Counted from the stretch's first letter, positions 47,016 through 57,276 are shown. The stretch: 64,000 bases of DNA from Candidatus Levybacteria bacterium CG2_30_37_29 (GCA_001873215.1 MNYS01000009.1:3654-67653), one strand, 5' to 3'. Program-made: numbers and translations. The notes: generated from the letters alone by a model not told the origin.

Positions 47016-48695
47016 ATGAAATTACTAAAATTTGGATTTATTATTCTTTGTCTTTTATTTTTTGGTTTTGGACTTATCAAGCCGGCAGAAGCTCAGTCAA
47101 CACTAAATTATCCTCCACAAACAAATCCCGATGTTCCAAAAAATCTTCACACATACACCCAGAGTACAATAATAGAACTTCTTGCCGCCGCTTCTTGCCA
47201 ACTTTTAGGAATAGATCCTTTGAATATCGGAGGGAAATGTCTTGGAATTGATTTAAAAACAAAAAAAATAGGGTATGTGGAAAATAATGGTGGCGTAATG
47301 GCATTTGCAGGGGATATGATTGGAAATACGTTTAAGATTCCGATTTCTTCCCATCAATACTTTGCTTCTCTTGCCTCTCAATTCGGTCTTGCTAAAAAAA
47401 CTTACGCAAAACAAATTGACGTTTTTGATGACGGGACAAATACTGGCGCCATTTCAAAACCAACAGGAGTCATGGAACAAGGTCTTGGATTTTTGGGCCT
47501 TCATCCATTAATAAAACTGTGGACAAGCTTCCGGAATATTGTCTATCTTGTTTTTGTATTTGTCTTTGTTCTAATAGGTCTTGGTATTATGTTCCGTTTA
47601 AAAATTGACCCGCGCACCGTTATGACTATACAAAACCAGCTTCCTAAAATTGTTGTTGCCTTGATTCTTGTCACGCTTTCTTACGCAATTGCAGGTTTTC
47701 TTGTTGACCTTATGTATGTTCTTTTATATCTTGTGTTCCATATTTTTTCGAAAGTTGACCCCCAAATTAGCACCATAAATCCTTCAACTTTTATTTATAC
47801 AAATCCTGTTGGCGCGGTAGGCGGAATTGGAGGACTTTCTGGAATCGCAAATAACGCGGGAGGAAGTGTCGGAAATATTGTTGCTTCGCTTTTTGACGGA
47901 ACTTGGGGAAGGGTTGTTGCCGGAATAATAAGCGCTGTCGTAGGAGGAATAATTGGTGGAGGAATTGGAGGAATTTTTGGGGCTGGCCCTATTGGTGGAA
48001 TAATTGGAGGTATCGTATCTGGAATAACAGGAGCATTTTTCTCTGATTCAATTATTAATGTTGTTGCGCACGTTATCGGCTTTCTTATCATAGGAATTGC
48101 CATGCTTCAGGCGCTTTTCAGACTATGGTTCCAGCTTATCAAAGCCTACATATATATATTAATAGGGGTTACTCTTGCGCCTTTTTATATTGTCATGGGG
48201 CTTTTCCCGGGATCAGGGGTAGGATTTGGAAGCTGGCTTAGAACGCTTATTTCAAATTTAGCCGCGTTCCCGACAGTACTTTTCATGTTTTTGCTGGGAG
48301 AATTTTTTATAAGAGGGCTTAGAAACAATGGAACAAACAGCTTTGTTCCTCCTTTTGTCGGGAATCCAAGCGATACATCAAATTTTGGTGCGCTTATTGG
48401 TCTTGGGATAATCCTTATGACCCCCGAAGTTGTGAATATTGTAAGAGATAAATTGAAAGCTCCGCAATTCAAATACACATCCTCTATTACTGGTGCTCTC
48501 AGGGGGTCAACTAAAACAATAAATGAGGGTAGGAGATGGGGATGGGATAGACTTGCGAGACCACGAAATCTTCAAACTGGGGATCCTGGGGGACCATTGA
48601 GACAATGGGTGACACAAGCGGCGACTCCTAGTAATACTAATCCAAATCCATCACGACTAGCAAGAACCATTAGGGCTGTTTTTGGTTGGCATTAG
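47016..48695 (+). CDS. VirB6/TrbL-like polytopic membrane protein with glycine-rich loop (putative T4SS channel component)
   Basis: Signal peptide, about 150-aa periplasmic domain, then 6 or more TM helices including a Gly/Ile-rich stretch (GGIIGGGIGGIFGAGPIGGIIGGIVSG); first gene of the T4SS-like island. Confidence 0.4.
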   Translation: MKLLKFGFIILCLLFFGFGLIKPAEAQSTLNYPPQTNPDVPKNLHTYTQSTIIELLAAASCQLLGIDPLNIGGKCLGIDLKTKKIGYVENNGGVMAFAGDMIGNTFKIPISSHQYFASLASQFGLAKKTYAKQIDVFDDGTNTGAISKPTGVMEQGLGFLGLHPLIKLWTSFRNIVYLVFVFVFVLIGLGIMFRLKIDPRTVMTIQNQLPKIVVALILVTLSYAIAGFLVDLMYVLLYLVFHIFSKVDPQISTINPSTFIYTNPVGAVGGIGGLSGIANNAGGSVGNIVASLFDGTWGRVVAGIISAVVGGIIGGGIGGIFGAGPIGGIIGGIVSGITGAFFSDSIINVVAHVIGFLIIGIAMLQALFRLWFQLIKAYIYILIGVTLAPFYIVMGLFPGSGVGFGSWLRTLISNLAAFPTVLFMFLLGEFFIRGLRNNGTNSFVPPFVGNPSDTSNFGALIGLGIILMTPEVVNIVRDKLKAPQFKYTSSITGALRGSTKTINEGRRWGWDRLARPRNLQTGDPGGPLRQWVTQAATPSNTNPNPSRLARTIRAVFGWH

Positions 48696-48706
48696 CGTCC
48701 CCAATT

Positions 48707-51700
48707 CTAACTAGAAGAAAAAATGTATTTAAAAAATGCCTTAGTTGTACCTACCGCAAAAGAAGCAACACCTACACCCCCACTATAACTAAGCTCTTCT
48801 GCAAGCAATCTTTTATAAGTCACTTTCCCAAGTGGGGCAATATGCTTTTCCCATTCTTCGTTTGTGAAAAATGGAGCTTTAATTTCAACATCCCTAAACC
48901 CGTTTTTCACAACTTCTTGTATCTCAAGACCCCATTCTCCAAAGAACTCTTTAATCATTCGTATTTCATAAGAACTCCAGCGTTCTTGGCCGACTCTCCA
49001 TTTTCTATGATAATACAATTCCTTTCCTATAAGGTAAGCGAAGATGTCGCGAGCAACATATGTGTTCTCTTCTTTCTGTTCCATTATGGCCTTCGTGTCT
49101 GCTCTTTCGTACATGCCCATTTCTCTAATTTCTTTGTTAAACATAAACTCTTTTGTTGTTTTGTCTCCAAAGCGTAGTCTCCTTACGCGCTTTCCATCCT
49201 TGTCTCTTCCCTCTTCTCTCCACCAGCCCCGTGTTTTATCATCCCATAAAAATGCCGGCATGTCATAGGCATATCGTAAATCGTGCCATACTCCTTTTTT
49301 TACTATTTCTTCTGCTTTGTCTTTATCTATGATAAGCCTTCCGCTGTAATCTTTTTTCAAAAACTGTGAAAAATTCATCCCGTGTTTATTTATTAAAAAG
49401 TCCAAAAGCTGAAAAGCATTTGAAACATGTTCTACGGTAAATTGCCTTTGAGCATTCCCTTGAAAATCAAAGTCCTCTAAGGAGGATAAATTAATTTCGT
49501 TTGGATCGCTACTCCCCTGCAAAAGCTTTATTAGTGGCGTATCAAAACCTCTACCGCCTTCCTTTTTTACCTTCAATGCCTGCCATAAATTTAAGCCTAG
49601 CCTTTCTATTCCGTAAACCGTATCATCCATACCGTAAACTCCTCTACCGCCCGACGCTTGTCTTATCCTATATTCTTTTGTGTTTAAAATATTAGACCAC
49701 TTGTCAAATCCTATGGCATCGGTGTCGTTATATGCAGATATTCCTGTCCAGTATGTAAATTTAAACGCCCATGTCTCACCATAATCCCTGTCTATCTCTT
49801 GCTTTTCACTAAGATGTTCTGCTGCGCTAATTCCGTCACGAATTGCTTTTCTCGTAAGATCGATTAATGTCTGTTCCTTTTTGTTCTGACTATAGATATT
49901 TAGTCTGGAAAATGGCATTTCTTTATTTTTTACATTATTGTCCCACTCCTTAAAATCTATAAACTCCTTTTTCGTATTAAAATATTTATGCGAAAGAGAT
50001 CTTAAAGCAAATTCTCTTCTGTTAGCAATTAAGTTATCAAGGTATTCTTCAGATATATTAAGAGGTCTTTTAAAATAAGATGGGTCGTTGGGGTCGCCTT
50101 GATTTACGTAATCCAGAAAATTTTTTTTATCAGCACCGAAGATATCTACTCTTATATCTTCTGCTGTTGGTTTCTTTCCTGGATTTTCAAGCATAAACTT
50201 TTCTTCTTTTATTTTCTCCAGGGCCTTTATCTCTCTACTAAAAGATTGTTTGATTACACTATCATAAAATGCTTTTATGCCCTCGTCGCCAAGCACCTTG
50301 TTAAACATTTCTTCGTCTGGAAGAAAACTATATGCAAGAAGAGCTCTCCTGACAATTTTTCCTACCATTCCCTGATTAATTTCTCCAAGATCAGGGGACT
50401 CCATAAGCTTTTTTACATCTTCGCCTTCAACGCCCGGAAGTTTTAATATCCAAAGCAGCCTTTTTCTGTTCATGGTAAATTCGTTTCCATAGTTAACTTT
50501 CGCAAGCGTTTCATTAACTGCTTTCGCCTGTCCCATTATCAGACGGTAATTTACGTCATTATTGTGATTTTTTCCAAAAAGCCAAACCTCATTTAAGCAC
50601 TCGTCTTTGAGGTGATTATATTCTTCGTCTTTCCCGTATTTATAGCTGTCTGCTCTCAACACCCTATCTTCCTTAACATATACTCCTTCTACTGTTTTTT
50701 CTCTTTTCATAAAATATCTTGAAGTTCCAACAATTTCGGAGAATGTGATAGACCGGTAAATTGTCGGGATGGAAATTTCGGAAAAAAGATTTATCTCAGC
50801 GTCTGGGCTAAAACTATCATAGAAAAGTATTCTGCTTCGTATCCAGGCTAAAAAGTGTGCAGGAATAAATTCTCCTTCTTTATTTATAAGCTCAAGGCTA
50901 CCATTGGTTCTCCACTTATCTTCTTCTGAGTCCATAATAAGCTCGGCAAGATGCTCAAGAGAACGCACTTTTTCCTCCCTAACATCACTTCCTTCGTAGG
51001 ACTTATAGTGCTTAACAATTTTTTCTGCGAAGCTTGTGGCTTTTTCTCTTTGTTTTATAATGTCTATTTCGCCTTTTATTTCTTCAAGCTCTTTTATGTA
51101 GCTTTCGTACGTCTTGTCATCTGCTATTTTTTTTGTAAGCCTTACATATCTTTGAAGCCTATCTAGTTCGCGCTCCATTTCATCATTGGTCTGAACATTT
51201 TTTATTTTTTCTACGATTTTGTCTATCTCAACCGTCGTAAGCTTTTTTATTTTTTTTCCGTCTGCGTACTGTTTCATAAAGGCCGCGCATTCTTCAGGGG
51301 TCATTCCTTGTGTGTATTCTTCTACAGAACCAAGGTCTTCTCCCGTCTCATCATCTTCTTCTCCTTCGCTATCTGCTCCAGCCGCCGTATCTTTTCCGCT
51401 CCCTCCTCCATTTCCCGCTCCCCCTTCTTCCGCACCGGCATCTTCACTATCGCCTAAAAACTCCACTTCGTCTGCCGGAATTAAAGCGTTATTTCCTTCA
51501 ATAGTAAGATACTCGCGTCCGTCCTCTGTCTCTCCAAAACTTCCTGTTACAACAATTGAAATCTCTGTTCCTCCTGTTTTCCACACCGCCCTTCTTCTAG
51601 CTCTTGGGGGGATTTTTTCCTTGGGTGTCGCGGTATCATCTTTTTGCGGAGACGTATCTTCAGCTTCATTCGAAGACCCTTCATCTTCGACAGGTTCTGG

Positions 51701-51943
51701 AATCCATGATTCATTAACTGGAATATCTTTCGAACTTGATCCGTCGAGAATGTCTTCTCCTCCTTCATTCATAGAAAAATCTGCAGGCTTTGCTGCATTC
51801 TTATCCAGTTTAGGTTCTCTTTCCCCGTTTGTCAATTCGCGTTCACGTTCTACCATAAGCGCAGTATACCCGCAGGTGACGGTCCAAACTTGACTTCTAC
51901 CTTGTATTCTCCTCACAAACATCCAACAACCAGGCGAATACAA
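48707..51943 (-). CDS. Large hypothetical protein (1078 aa) with acidic Gly/Glu-rich N-terminal region; no recognisable domains
   Basis: Long uninterrupted minus-strand ORF; N-terminal 250 aa very acidic and low-complexity (EGGAGNGGGSGKDTAAGADSEGEEDDETGED), locally higher GC. The remainder is a hydrophilic Lys/Glu/Trp-rich globular sequence with no TM helices. Confidence 0.55.
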   Translation of the reverse strand: MYSPGCWMFVRRIQGRSQVWTVTCGYTALMVERERELTNGEREPKLDKNAAKPADFSMNEGGEDILDGSSSKDIPVNESWIPEPVEDEGSSNEAEDTSPQKDDTATPKEKIPPRARRRAVWKTGGTEISIVVTGSFGETEDGREYLTIEGNNALIPADEVEFLGDSEDAGAEEGGAGNGGGSGKDTAAGADSEGEEDDETGEDLGSVEEYTQGMTPEECAAFMKQYADGKKIKKLTTVEIDKIVEKIKNVQTNDEMERELDRLQRYVRLTKKIADDKTYESYIKELEEIKGEIDIIKQREKATSFAEKIVKHYKSYEGSDVREEKVRSLEHLAELIMDSEEDKWRTNGSLELINKEGEFIPAHFLAWIRSRILFYDSFSPDAEINLFSEISIPTIYRSITFSEIVGTSRYFMKREKTVEGVYVKEDRVLRADSYKYGKDEEYNHLKDECLNEVWLFGKNHNNDVNYRLIMGQAKAVNETLAKVNYGNEFTMNRKRLLWILKLPGVEGEDVKKLMESPDLGEINQGMVGKIVRRALLAYSFLPDEEMFNKVLGDEGIKAFYDSVIKQSFSREIKALEKIKEEKFMLENPGKKPTAEDIRVDIFGADKKNFLDYVNQGDPNDPSYFKRPLNISEEYLDNLIANRREFALRSLSHKYFNTKKEFIDFKEWDNNVKNKEMPFSRLNIYSQNKKEQTLIDLTRKAIRDGISAAEHLSEKQEIDRDYGETWAFKFTYWTGISAYNDTDAIGFDKWSNILNTKEYRIRQASGGRGVYGMDDTVYGIERLGLNLWQALKVKKEGGRGFDTPLIKLLQGSSDPNEINLSSLEDFDFQGNAQRQFTVEHVSNAFQLLDFLINKHGMNFSQFLKKDYSGRLIIDKDKAEEIVKKGVWHDLRYAYDMPAFLWDDKTRGWWREEGRDKDGKRVRRLRFGDKTTKEFMFNKEIREMGMYERADTKAIMEQKEENTYVARDIFAYLIGKELYYHRKWRVGQERWSSYEIRMIKEFFGEWGLEIQEVVKNGFRDVEIKAPFFTNEEWEKHIAPLGKVTYKRLLAEELSYSGGVGVASFAVGTTKAFFKYIFSSS

Positions 51944-52203
51944 AGATATCGATGCATAATTCCCAACTTATAAACAAAATTTGCAGTTTTAAATTATAAA
52001 TTTTAAATGAATTATCAATGATTAAAAATTTAAAAAAATATTTTGTGAATATAATCTCTGTTTTGATTCATTTTTTCATTTATACTTCACTTTAAATTAA
52101 AAATTGAAAATTTAAAATTAACATGGAATTGTCATCTATTTAGGGTTTATGACCATAGTTTTTCATCTTTTACCTTCTGTGCTCTATCGTCTATAATGTA
52201 TTT

Positions 52204-53505
52204 ATGGAGCCGAAACACTTTGAAAGCCTTTACCCTGAAAATACGCGCGAAAAAGAGCTTGAAAAGCTTATTTCTATATTGCGCGCGGGAAAAGCGGCGC
52301 AAGTAGTGGGGATTCCGGGTGTTGGCAAAAGCAATGTTTTGCGCCTTCTTCCTTATAATAAAGCAGTCAGGACAAAGCACCTCGGAGTGGATGAAAAAAA
52401 CTTCCACTTTGTCTACATGGACTTTTCAGAAGTAAAAGACCGCGCTCTTTTTGAAGTCGTAAAATTCATACTTATTTCTCTTTCTATGTCGCTTGGCGAA
52501 CGCGGATTTGGAAAAGACCAAAACGTTTTAAACGATTTGCTAAAAGACGCCATAACTTTTCAAGACGACCTCATTCTTTTTCAGGCTTTAAAAAGAGGGA
52601 TAGATTACCTGACGGGTGAAAAGCGCTACTCTGTCGTATTTTTATTTGACAGATTTGATGAATATATTCCGGTACTTGACCCGCGTTTTTTTTCAAATTT
52701 AAAGATTTTGCGAAATCGCGCAAAATATAGTTTTTCCTGTGTTTTTGCAACCACACGGCCTCTGGAGGATATTTTGGAGCCTGTATTTTTTTCCGATTTT
52801 TACGAATTTCTTGTTGGAAATAGTGTTTATCTTCCAATTTTTGACGCGGTAGGCCTCCCCTTTAGGCTTTCGTATCTTGAAAAAATTACCGGTAAAAAAA
52901 CGCGTCCGGAAATAAAAAAAGACGTTATGTCTCTTTGTGGCGGTCACGGAAAATTGACGCGCGTTTCATATGAGCTACTTCTTTCTGAAAAAAAGGCAGA
53001 AGATCTCAAATCTTTTTTGATTTCAAAAAATCAGGTAAAAGGCGCGCTTTTTGAAATCTGGAGCGCCTTAACCGCCGAAGAACAAAAAATTCTAAGGGAG
53101 AAAAAAACAACCGAATACTTAGAAAACGTAGGCCTTGTTTTAAAAAACAATCTTACTATTCCTCTTTTGGAAGAGTTTTTATCAGATCTTCCCCAAACAC
53201 AAAAAGAAGAACTTGTTTTTGACGCCCAAAAAAATGAAATAAAAAAAGGACAGGAAATTCTGACAGAAAAGCTCTCTCCTTCAGAATTTCGCCTTTTGCG
53301 CTTCCTTATTATAAATAGGCCGCGGGTTTGCGAGAAAGAAGAAATTATTGAAAATGTTTGGACAGAGGCAAAAACGCGTGAGGGCGTGACAGACCAAGCT
53401 CTTGACCAGATAATTTACAGGCTTCGCAAAAAAATTGAAAACGACCCAAACAATCCCCAACACATTCAAACAATAAAAGGCCGCGGATATAAGGTTGAAC
53501 AATAA
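52204..53505 (+). CDS. P-loop (AAA/STAND-like) ATPase fused to C-terminal OmpR/PhoB-type winged-helix DNA-binding domain
   Basis: Walker A VVGIPGVGKSNVLRLL, Walker B-like VVFLFDRFDE. C-terminal LLRFLIINRPRVCEKEEIIENVWTE...TDQALDQIIYRLRKKIE...IQTIKGRGYKV is a trans_reg_C winged helix. Confidence 0.65.
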   Translation: MEPKHFESLYPENTREKELEKLISILRAGKAAQVVGIPGVGKSNVLRLLPYNKAVRTKHLGVDEKNFHFVYMDFSEVKDRALFEVVKFILISLSMSLGERGFGKDQNVLNDLLKDAITFQDDLILFQALKRGIDYLTGEKRYSVVFLFDRFDEYIPVLDPRFFSNLKILRNRAKYSFSCVFATTRPLEDILEPVFFSDFYEFLVGNSVYLPIFDAVGLPFRLSYLEKITGKKTRPEIKKDVMSLCGGHGKLTRVSYELLLSEKKAEDLKSFLISKNQVKGALFEIWSALTAEEQKILREKKTTEYLENVGLVLKNNLTIPLLEEFLSDLPQTQKEELVFDAQKNEIKKGQEILTEKLSPSEFRLLRFLIINRPRVCEKEEIIENVWTEAKTREGVTDQALDQIIYRLRKKIENDPNNPQHIQTIKGRGYKVEQ

Positions 53506-53543
53506 CCTTGACTTCCCTTTTACTTTTCCAATATGATTAAAGC

Positions 53544-54986
53544 ATGAAGAGGTTTTTTTGTTTTCTCGCCGTTTTTCTTTTTTTTCTTTTTTATACAGCA
53601 ACCAGTGTGTTTGTGCAAACTGCGTCCGCCGACGAAAACAAAGCAGAGCCTGTTTACATACTCCAAAATTCAGGAGGAAACAAGCCAACCACTACGTATT
53701 CTGCGGCCACAGCACAGTTACCCTTTGATTGGAACCGCGATGAAAAAGGCAACCCCACATCTCCCATCATAAACGGCCGCGTGCAATTTGTCCAAGTCAC
53801 TTTTCAAGGGATTGAAAAACCGGAAGAAGGAGAGCTATATTTTTGTCTTCGTACTAACGAAAAAGACTGCGCAGACGGGGACAATCGCGGCAAATTAAGC
53901 TTAATAAAAGACTCATTTAACGAAAGCGCGAAGACCGTTACGATGATTGTTTGCGGCCGCGGAGAAAAAAACTTAAAAACTTGGGTTCCGGGCAAAAAGC
54001 CCAATGACTGGTGGTGCAATGACAAAAATCACACAACAGATTATTTTCATGAGGGGAATTATTATACAGTCCGTCTTTACGGAAGCAAAACAGGGAATAG
54101 TCTTATAGACAGCATATCTTTTTTTGTCAAGCATTCATTTCCAACTTTTGACCCTAAAACAGGAGCTACGTCTGATAACCCCCCCTTTAAGACACCGTCC
54201 AGAATAAGGATCGGTTTTGACAATAAAAACGAATTAAGCATGCGTGCAGGCCCCTTTAAAAAAAACGCATATTTGTTTGCTCTGGTAAAGCTGGGGGGTG
54301 GATATCAAGATTTTGCTTGTGGCATTTTCGCCCCAACTCAAGAAAACCCCAACTATACATTTACAAACAATGCCTCCTATATGACGCTGGGGTCTTTGGG
54401 TGGTGCCGTTTTTGGTTCTATACAAAGAAAAGACAACGGCGGAGGAGGTCTTGGAATAGGACGTTACGTGCTCACAATATCCGACTGGCCGCTCTCCAAC
54501 GACAACAACATTCTTTCTTGTTTTAAAAAAGGAAACTTTATTTATTATGCCCAGCTAATAACAATTGGCAAGAACGGAGGAACAGCACAAGAACTGATAA
54601 AAGATCCTGCCGGCATGGAGACCGAGGAGGAACTTGAAAAGGCCCCGCCCGCCATACCTTGCAACCCCGGAAAGGCAAACAACGGTGTTGATGAAGGCGG
54701 CAATTGCAAAACCGTCTCAACGGCAATTGGACCAATTGACGTTGACCCACAAAAGTTTATTGCCTCGCTTTTTCAACGCGTTTTATCTATTGCCGGATTT
54801 GCCGCCATAATAATTATCCTTATTGCTTCTTACAACCTTATGTTCTCCGGAGGAAATAAGGAAAAAATTGCGGGCGCACGCGAAACAATTACCGCAGCTG
54901 TCCTTGGTCTTCTTTTTATAATTTTTTCAATTGTTCTTTTGAAAATTATTGGCGTTGATATTTTGCGCATTCCCGGATTTAAATAG
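53544..54986 (+). CDS. Secreted protein with C-terminal VirB2/TrbC-like pilin module (pilin-adhesin fusion)
   Basis: Signal peptide MKRFFCFLAVFLFFLFYTATSVFVQTASA, about 400-aa Cys-containing soluble domain, then C-terminal two-helix module FAAIIIILIASYNLMFSGGNKEKIAGARETITAAVLGLLFIIFSIVLL homologous to the three small pilin ORFs nearby. Confidence 0.5.
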   Translation: MKRFFCFLAVFLFFLFYTATSVFVQTASADENKAEPVYILQNSGGNKPTTTYSAATAQLPFDWNRDEKGNPTSPIINGRVQFVQVTFQGIEKPEEGELYFCLRTNEKDCADGDNRGKLSLIKDSFNESAKTVTMIVCGRGEKNLKTWVPGKKPNDWWCNDKNHTTDYFHEGNYYTVRLYGSKTGNSLIDSISFFVKHSFPTFDPKTGATSDNPPFKTPSRIRIGFDNKNELSMRAGPFKKNAYLFALVKLGGGYQDFACGIFAPTQENPNYTFTNNASYMTLGSLGGAVFGSIQRKDNGGGGLGIGRYVLTISDWPLSNDNNILSCFKKGNFIYYAQLITIGKNGGTAQELIKDPAGMETEEELEKAPPAIPCNPGKANNGVDEGGNCKTVSTAIGPIDVDPQKFIASLFQRVLSIAGFAAIIIILIASYNLMFSGGNKEKIAGARETITAAVLGLLFIIFSIVLLKIIGVDILRIPGFK

Positions 54987-54997
54987 TATAAAAAAGC

Positions 54998-55321
54998 ATG
55001 AAATTACTATCACTTTCGATACCTGAATACGGAAATATTATAGCTCCTACGGGCATACCTGACGGTAGCAATCTTTCTCTTCAAAAAATTGTGACTTTTT
55101 TTCTGACCCTTCTTGTTATCGCGGGAATCTTATTGGCTTTGGTTTTTATAACATTCGGCGCTTTTCAGTGGATTACATCAGGCGGAAGCAAGGAAAAAAT
55201 TGACAAGGCAAGAAAAACAATTTTGTTTTCAGTTATGGGGCTTGTAATTATTTCTCTTTCATTTGTTATCATAGGCCTTGTAGCGGGAGCTCTTGGACTA
55301 GACTCGCTTATCGGCAACTAA
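54998..55321 (+). CDS. VirB2/TrbC-like T4SS pilin (paralog A)
   Basis: 107 aa; leader then LVFITFGAFQWITSGGSKEKIDKARKTILFSVMGLVIISLSFVII; two hydrophobic helices around the conserved F-WITSGG-x-EK-I-x-AR motif. Confidence 0.55.
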   Translation: MKLLSLSIPEYGNIIAPTGIPDGSNLSLQKIVTFFLTLLVIAGILLALVFITFGAFQWITSGGSKEKIDKARKTILFSVMGLVIISLSFVIIGLVAGALGLDSLIGN

Positions 55322-56754
55322 AAATTTTTCAGAATCACCGAAACACTGTCTTTATATACTTCTTTCCATTTATCTTTTTTAAGGGATGAAAGAAATGAAT
55401 TTTTTTTATTTTTTTTCTCAATAGGCCAAAGCACAACCCCTATATTGTATTTCTTAAACAAAATGCGCCGCTTGGAAACACTGGCTATGGCGTTTTCGTA
55501 GTCTTCAAGCGCATTATTGCTTTCATTTTTTGGGGCATTCTTTTTCCAGCTTGGCATTCTACCGTCAATAAATACTTTTTTTTGGGGAAGTTTCCAGTCC
55601 AAATACCCTCCCCATTCATAACTAGAAAAAATTTGCTTATCCGGAATATTTTTTTGCAAGTACATAACTGCTTTTTGCGGATAAAAATCAGTTTCCAAAT
55701 ACGAAAAAGCTGCCCAAAAAAAAATCAAATAAACAAAGCACAAAATAAAAGAAGAAAGAGTAAAAATACGGGAAAAAAATATCAGACGTTGCATAAAAAT
55801 TTTATCTTTCCTAAAATCTTTCCAAAAATACCTTAATAAATCAGGAAGAATATACAAATTTACAATTACCCAAAAAGGAATATGACGCACGCTGGAAAGA
55901 CCTAAAAAAAGTAAAAAAAAGTATATTCCTATTTTTGTAATGGTAAGTTTTTTGCGATATTTAAAGACAAAAACAAAAGAAAGCGAAAAAAGAACAAGCG
56001 TTGCAAAATTAAAAACAAGAAGAGCCGGAAGCCATTCCATCACCGAAAACCGGAGTCTTGCATCAAACGCCTGCGAAAAAACCTCTGCCCAAATACGCCA
56101 TCCGTACGGATTAATAAATGTTGCAAATATAGACAATGCAACCACAAAAATATCTGTTAATTTGAGTTTTTTGTCCTGTATTGTTTTAAATAAAAGAAAA
56201 AGAACAAGAAGAAAAACCCCCAGTCCGATTGACCCGTGCATATTTACCCACAGAATAAAAACCGGAGGGATAAAATATTTGAATTTTTTCCATTTGTTGT
56301 CATCAAAAAATAAAAAAAGAAGAACAGAAACAAAAAGCCACGAGAGAACTTGAAGCCTTACGCCAAAAGCGGGCATAACAGCAGCTGCTGAAAAGAAATA
56401 AACCCCAAAAAGATACTTATTAAAAGTTCTTATGATTGCAAAAAGAAAAGAAAGTACGGCAATAAAAGAAAAAATAAAAGGGAGAAAAAAAGGAACATTC
56501 GAAAGTACATAAAGCACAATATTTGAAAGATATTCATGATCTATAAAAGGAAATGAAGACATCGTGTAGGAAAAAGGGTCGGTTTTTGGCAACCCACTAC
56601 TAAGAATGATCTCCCCTATCTGCACATGCCACCCAAAATCGGTATCTATTTGTCCTACGGTTTTTAAAAAAAACAAAACTGTCAAAACAAACAATAATCC
56701 AAAAAGGGGCAAGAATGGAGCGTTTCTTTTTTTCACAAGCTTAATAATACCCAT
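55318..56754 (-). CDS. Polytopic membrane protein with C-terminal extracytoplasmic domain (GT-C-like), unknown function
   Basis: Start moved to the internal MGIIKLVKKR (56754) to avoid overlap with the downstream pilin gene; about 12 TM helices, hydrophilic 130-aa C-terminus. Encoded antisense within the pilin gene cluster. Confidence 0.35.
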   Translation of the reverse strand: MGIIKLVKKRNAPFLPLFGLLFVLTVLFFLKTVGQIDTDFGWHVQIGEIILSSGLPKTDPFSYTMSSFPFIDHEYLSNIVLYVLSNVPFFLPFIFSFIAVLSFLFAIIRTFNKYLFGVYFFSAAAVMPAFGVRLQVLSWLFVSVLLFLFFDDNKWKKFKYFIPPVFILWVNMHGSIGLGVFLLVLFLLFKTIQDKKLKLTDIFVVALSIFATFINPYGWRIWAEVFSQAFDARLRFSVMEWLPALLVFNFATLVLFSLSFVFVFKYRKKLTITKIGIYFFLLFLGLSSVRHIPFWVIVNLYILPDLLRYFWKDFRKDKIFMQRLIFFSRIFTLSSFILCFVYLIFFWAAFSYLETDFYPQKAVMYLQKNIPDKQIFSSYEWGGYLDWKLPQKKVFIDGRMPSWKKNAPKNESNNALEDYENAIASVSKRRILFKKYNIGVVLWPIEKKNKKNSFLSSLKKDKWKEVYKDSVSVILKNF

Positions 56755-56825
56755 AAAAAAGACTTTCTGCAACCGATTCCTACATACCACTTGACAAGGG
56801 TAAAAAAAAATGCTGTAATAATTGT

Positions 56826-57230
56826 ATGAAGTCATTATCACGCATAACAGCTATCCCGTTTGCATTTCTTTTTGCCAATTTGCCCCAAGCATTCGCAGTA
56901 GGAAACAGCCTGGATGCAAGCGTTACCACACCAAATGGAGTTATACCGCCTGAAAAAAGAATAGGGGCAATCGTTACTTTTTTTGTTTCTTTTCTTGTTG
57001 TAATTGCAGTTCTTGCCGCTCTTCTATATATTATTCTCGGCGCTTTTCAGTGGATTACATCCGGAGGAGACAAAACAAAAGTTGAAAGCGCGCGAAATCA
57101 TATTATTGCAGCAGTTATTGGACTTATCATAATTGCTCTTACTTTTGTCATAATAAATGTCCTCATGCAAGTTTTGGGCATAGGAAGCCTCACAAATTTT
57201 CCAATTCCAACACTCGACAGCATCAACTAA
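56826..57230 (+). CDS. VirB2/TrbC-like T4SS pilin (paralog B)
   Basis: Signal peptide MKSLSRITAIPFAFLFANLPQAFA, then LYIILGAFQWITSGGDKTKVESARNHIIAAVIGLIIIALTFVII, the same motif as the other paralogs. Confidence 0.55.
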   Translation: MKSLSRITAIPFAFLFANLPQAFAVGNSLDASVTTPNGVIPPEKRIGAIVTFFVSFLVVIAVLAALLYIILGAFQWITSGGDKTKVESARNHIIAAVIGLIIIALTFVIINVLMQVLGIGSLTNFPIPTLDSIN

Positions 57231-57276
57231 CTTCTTCTTGCTTTCAACCAAGTCGTTACCTTACAATAAATAAACT

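Noticed and set aside
47795-48103. 102-aa minus-strand Pro/Ile-rich ORF
   Set aside because: It is antisense to the Gly-rich (GGN repeat) loop of the VirB6-like gene; a compositional artefact.
51219-51893. 224-aa plus-strand ORF (Ser/Pro-rich) inside the 1078-aa gene
   Set aside because: It is antisense to the acidic GAG/GAA-rich N-terminal region of the much longer minus-strand ORF; the composition (poly-Ser/Pro) is the mirror image of Glu/Gly codons.
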